NCBI GenBank assembly: GCA_045863335.1
Contig: BTVY01000077.1
Span: 1-20,388, forward strand
Length of the DNA: 20,388 bases
Source: Candidatus Hydrogenedentota bacterium
Lineage (GTDB): Bacteria; Hydrogenedentota; Hydrogenedentia; Hydrogenedentales; SLHB01
Direction of reading: 5' to 3'
The stretch's first letter is position 1, and each line of letters opens with the position of its first letter. The notes below the pieces were generated by a model. The model searched no databases. It was given only the letters and a program-made list of their open reading frames with translations, and had not been told where the DNA came from. This document shows positions 17,394-20,388 of the stretch, in pieces. A program made the translations under genes and the position numbers.

Positions 17394-19034
17394 ATGGCTC
17401 CCGAACCACAGGATTTTTCCACGGATAACGCTTCGGCCGTTTCCCCTTCCGCAGTGCCGCTTCGCTACGAGATTGTGCGGAGCCTCGGCGCCGGTGGGAT
17501 GGGCGAAGTGTATCTGGCGAAGGACACGGAACTCCCGCGGCACGTCGCGATCAAGACGATCCGTAAAGACCTCGCCGATCAGCCCGAAATCCGGAAACGC
17601 ATTGAGCGCGAATGCCGGCTTCACGCCCAAATCGGGTCTCATCCCAACATCGTCATGCTGCACGATCGCGTCGAACACGGCGGCAGCATCTGCCTCGTCA
17701 TGGAATATGTGGAGGGGCAGACCCTTCAATACGTGCTGGAACATGGGACCGAGCACGGCAAGCCCCTTGAGTGGTCTGAAAGCATCCGCATCGCGCGGCA
17801 ATGCCTCGACGCCCTGGGCCGCATCCACACCCACGGCATCGTCCACCGGGACGTGAAACCTGCGAATATCCTGCTCGGACCGAGTGACAACGGGGCCTAC
17901 ACGGCGAAGCTCATGGACTTCGGTATCGCGCGCATGACCACCGAGACCGACGGCGTCACGATACTGACCCAAGAAGGAACCGGCGGCCCTGGAACGCCGG
18001 TATACATGGCCCCGGAGCAGATTGATTCCAAGAAGTACGGCGACGTTTCCCCGGCCACGGACGTATACGCCATGGGCATCGTCCTCTATCAAATGCTTTC
18101 CGGGAAGCCCCCGTTCACAGGCAGTCTGACGGAGGTATTTAACGGGCATCTGAACCAATCGCCCCCTCCGATCGCCCTTGCGGACGGTGAGGCAGGCATG
18201 CTGGATCAGGTAATCGGAAAGGCACTCGCCAAGGACCCGCGGTATCGTTACCCGAACACGCAAGCGTTTCGCGACGATCTCGATTCCCTCGAACCGGTCC
18301 AGATTCTCCAACGCCCGGTTACCGCCACCGTGCCAGTCACCTCCCATCCGGCGGTGGAAAAAACGGTGGTCGCTTCGGATCCCCATCTCAAAGATTCGGC
18401 GTCCGGGGGGACCCTTCTGGACGGAACCGGCGGCACGCATCGCGGTCGCCGATCCTCTTCGGCGTTACCCCGTGTGGCGGCGGTTGCCGCGTTGGTGGTA
18501 CTGGGCGCGGCAGGCACGTTCGGGGCAATCCAATATGTCGGAGGCCAAACGCCGGTGGACGAACCTGCGGCGGAGAACCAAGAGGCGGCCAACCCGGATG
18601 AATCGGTAACTGAACCGGGTGCTGTCAATGCCGCAAACGAAGCGGCGGTGCTCCCGCCGGTTATGGACGACGCCCGGCCCTTGCCCGGTCCCGATTTCTC
18701 ATCGAGCACAGATGATTCTTCATCGACAGAGTTCACCGGTTCCGCGTTGGACGCCCTTCGAGAGCGGCGCGATGCCGCGGCGAGTACGCCGCCGGTCGCT
18801 CATGAGCCGGACCCGGCGCCGGTTAAGCCGGTAAGCACGCCGCCCGCGCAGACGCCTGCGGCAAGCGCTCCGGAACCGAAACCGGCACAATCGACCGCGC
18901 CATCGCCGCCTCCCGCCACGAAAGATTCCGCGACAACAGCGGCGAGTGGACAAGACAAGCCAAAGGTCGATACGAATGACGACCCCTTTGCGGGTTTTGA
19001 AGTTCACAGGCAACCCGTGAAGAAACTGGATTAA
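17394..19034 (+). CDS. Membrane-anchored Ser/Thr protein kinase with a Pro/Ala/Thr-rich disordered C-terminal tail
   Basis: Motifs LGAGGMGEVY, VAIK, HPNIV, HRDVKPAN, DFGIA, GTPVYMAPEQ and DVYAMG. TM segment VAAVAALVVLGAAGTFGAI. The ATG is 8 nt after the ABC gene's stop. Confidence 0.92.
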   Translation: MAPEPQDFSTDNASAVSPSAVPLRYEIVRSLGAGGMGEVYLAKDTELPRHVAIKTIRKDLADQPEIRKRIERECRLHAQIGSHPNIVMLHDRVEHGGSICLVMEYVEGQTLQYVLEHGTEHGKPLEWSESIRIARQCLDALGRIHTHGIVHRDVKPANILLGPSDNGAYTAKLMDFGIARMTTETDGVTILTQEGTGGPGTPVYMAPEQIDSKKYGDVSPATDVYAMGIVLYQMLSGKPPFTGSLTEVFNGHLNQSPPPIALADGEAGMLDQVIGKALAKDPRYRYPNTQAFRDDLDSLEPVQILQRPVTATVPVTSHPAVEKTVVASDPHLKDSASGGTLLDGTGGTHRGRRSSSALPRVAAVAALVVLGAAGTFGAIQYVGGQTPVDEPAAENQEAANPDESVTEPGAVNAANEAAVLPPVMDDARPLPGPDFSSSTDDSSSTEFTGSALDALRERRDAAASTPPVAHEPDPAPVKPVSTPPAQTPAASAPEPKPAQSTAPSPPPATKDSATTAASGQDKPKVDTNDDPFAGFEVHRQPVKKLD

Positions 19035-19078
19035 ACACCGATAACCATAATAATACGAGGTAGATGGAGGGTAAGCGG

Positions 19079-19759
19079 ATGCGCAAGAAGGGGCTGGTGA
19101 AGGCGATCGCGTTTGCGTGTATTTCGGCAATGGTCGTTGCGGGCTGTGCGACGGCGGGTCAATCCGCGGGAGCCGGCGCAGGTGGCGGCGCCTTGCTTGG
19201 CGGAATCATCGGGCACCAGTCCGGCCACGCGCTGGAAGGCGCACTGATTGGCGCCGCGGTGGGCGCGCTGGCGGGCTATGGATTCCACAAGGTCAAGGTG
19301 AAGCGTGAAGAGGCCCGGCAGACCCGCTCCGCGGAGCAGACGATTCAGGAAAAGAACTACGAGCCCGAACAGGGTCTCAAGCTGGACGTGGAGGACTATC
19401 AGGTAACCCCTGGAACGGTCGCGCCCGGCGACACCGTGCAAGCCAAGCTGGTCTATTCCACGCTCGGGACGGGTAGCGCAGGTACCGAGGTCAAAGAGGT
19501 CAGGGAACTTCGCGTGGAGGATTCCAAGAAGGAACTGGATAAGGCGACCGAAACCCGCACCGACGGCACTTGGGATAGCACCGTGGATATCACGATCCCC
19601 GATACCGCCAAGGCGGGTCAGTATACGCTGGCTCAAAGCGTACAGATCGGCGATGAAGCGCCCCAGGAAAAGGTCTCCACGTTCACCGTCGAAACCAAGA
19701 CGGCCGGAGTGCCGCGCGAACCCCGCGTCCACCACATCGTCATGGCCATGGGCGACTAA
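19079..19759 (+). CDS. Glycine-zipper lipoprotein with a C-terminal Ig-like beta-sandwich
   Basis: GGAGGG RBS and lipobox VAG-C. Glycine zipper GAGAGGGALLGGIIG...GALIGAAVGALAG. C-terminal V.P.TV.PG.TV...ITIP.TAKAG.Y. Confidence 0.88.
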   Translation: MRKKGLVKAIAFACISAMVVAGCATAGQSAGAGAGGGALLGGIIGHQSGHALEGALIGAAVGALAGYGFHKVKVKREEARQTRSAEQTIQEKNYEPEQGLKLDVEDYQVTPGTVAPGDTVQAKLVYSTLGTGSAGTEVKEVRELRVEDSKKELDKATETRTDGTWDSTVDITIPDTAKAGQYTLAQSVQIGDEAPQEKVSTFTVETKTAGVPREPRVHHIVMAMGD

Positions 19760-19796
19760 GCAAGGGTTCGCTTAGAAGCCGTCAGATTGATTTCCG

Positions 19797-19829
19797 CAGC
19801 CGGTGGATTCCAGGGGAGTCCACCGGCTG
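19797..19829. terminator. Strong hairpin, probable (bidirectional) terminator
   Basis: CAGCCGGTGGATTCC-agg-GGAGTCCACCGGCTG forms a 15-bp stem with one G.U pair, 37 nt after the lipoprotein stop. The U-tail is weak. Confidence 0.6.
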
Positions 19830-20020
19830 TTCAATGTCAGTACATCGGAACCCCCACCCAACGGGTACCCCCGTCCTGTGGTCATCGACCCACTGAGTAC
19901 GGGCGCATATGCGAAATGGGTTCGGACAACGGAGATGATGGTTGGCGGATATCCCCCCCAGTTCAATCGAATCTACTGCGAACGAGGACCGCCAAGAGCT
20001 TCTCCAATGGTAGCAGTACC

Positions 20021-20140
20021 TTACGTGAGCCCGAGAATATTTCTCCAGGTTTCGATGTAAGCGTCAAGCACGCTAATTGGTTCGCTGAAATAATCCAACC
20101 TGCTCAAAATCGCAACCCAAATTGACTGCAATAAAATCAT
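20021..20140 (-). CDS. Small protein (39 aa): MILLQSIWVAILSRLDYFSEPISVLDAYIETWRNILGLT
   Basis: Manual translation. Strong RBS AAAGGGAGGGAG ends 6 nt before the ATG, and there is an upstream promoter. Too short for the ORF track. Confidence 0.6.
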   Translation of the reverse strand: MILLQSIWVAILSRLDYFSEPISVLDAYIETWRNILGLT

Positions 20141-20227
20141 GGCCGTCTCCCTCCCTTTAGATTAATTTGGTTCTCTTGCCGCTCGGTTCCGGGTCACTGA
20201 AGTTCGTGTGCCCGTGAACTTTCAGCT

Positions 20228-20256
20228 AGCCTAGCACAGACATCGGGAATGCGCAA
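20228..20256 (-). promoter_or_regulatory. Putative sigma70-type promoter TTGCGC-N17-TAGGCT with extended -10 (TGc)
   Basis: Minus strand reads TTGCGC attcccgatgtctgtgc TAGGCT, ~90 nt upstream of the small ORF. Confidence 0.55.
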
Positions 20257-20334
20257 TGGGAATCTCCGCTCAGAAGCATGAACGCGTTTCCATCGGTCGG
20301 CAAAACTGGCATAGAAACCACGGGACGTGCGCGG

Positions 20335-20388
20335 TGTCAAAACTTGCTGATAATGTCCTCTTTTGAACTCATTAGAAATGTCCTCTTA
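20335..20388. mobile_element. Terminal inverted repeat of an insertion sequence; the element continues right of the window
   Basis: Begins TGTCAA. Subterminal repeats AACTTGCTGATAATGTCCTCT (20341-20361) and AACTCATTAGAAATGTCCTCT (20366-20386) match the left-edge repeat (reverse complement ACTCGTTAGAAATGTCCT). Confidence 0.8.

Noticed and set aside
15607-18440. Long antisense ORFs (600 aa and 349 aa; likewise 8393-9733, 11598-12992, 13764-14888)
   Set aside because: Shadow frames of well-supported genes in GC-rich DNA, with no motifs.
9909-19759. Anti-phage defence system or complete T6SS
   Set aside because: No nuclease, STAND NTPase, PP2C, Hcp/VgrG or sheath genes are present. The VWA protein is secreted, unlike the cytoplasmic TerY-P VWA-phosphatase-kinase triad.
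19772-20125. Short ORF-track calls in the 3' region (64, 85, 112 aa)
   Set aside because: No RBS or motifs, and they cross the terminator hairpin. The 39-aa minus-strand ORF has much better signals.
20290-20334. dif/Xer site or target duplication next to the IS ends (one IS1202 subgroup targets Xer sites)
   Set aside because: No XerC/XerD-like arms at either junction, and the two inner flanks are not direct repeats.

Overview
GC-rich bacterial window. The gene types (Ser/Thr kinase-WD40, sulfatase-fold, InlB-B-type repeat and secreted glycosidase-like proteins) suggest a Planctomycetota/Hydrogenedentota-like organism; this is inference only. Both edges are insertion-sequence ends (TGTCAA termini with subterminal AAATGTCC repeats, IS1202/IS481-like). 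The first ~3.3 kb is a scarred accessory region: an orphan C-terminal gene fragment, a secreted protein, a truncated InlB-B-repeat fragment, a REP doublet with a compensatory base pair, and a 139-bp MITE. The middle holds a membrane-anchored sulfatase-fold protein that lacks its catalytic residues, a DUF1330 protein, and two secreted uncharacterised glycosidase-like genes. The right half is a divergent phospho-signalling locus. A kinase with 14 WD40 repeats faces an operon of secreted VWA protein, FHA-FHA-ABC transporter, membrane Ser/Thr kinase and glycine-zipper lipoprotein. This parts list resembles the T6SS TagQ/TagST/PpkA/Fha pathway, but no T6SS genes are present in the window. An uncalled 39-codon small gene with its own promoter and RBS sits near the right end.
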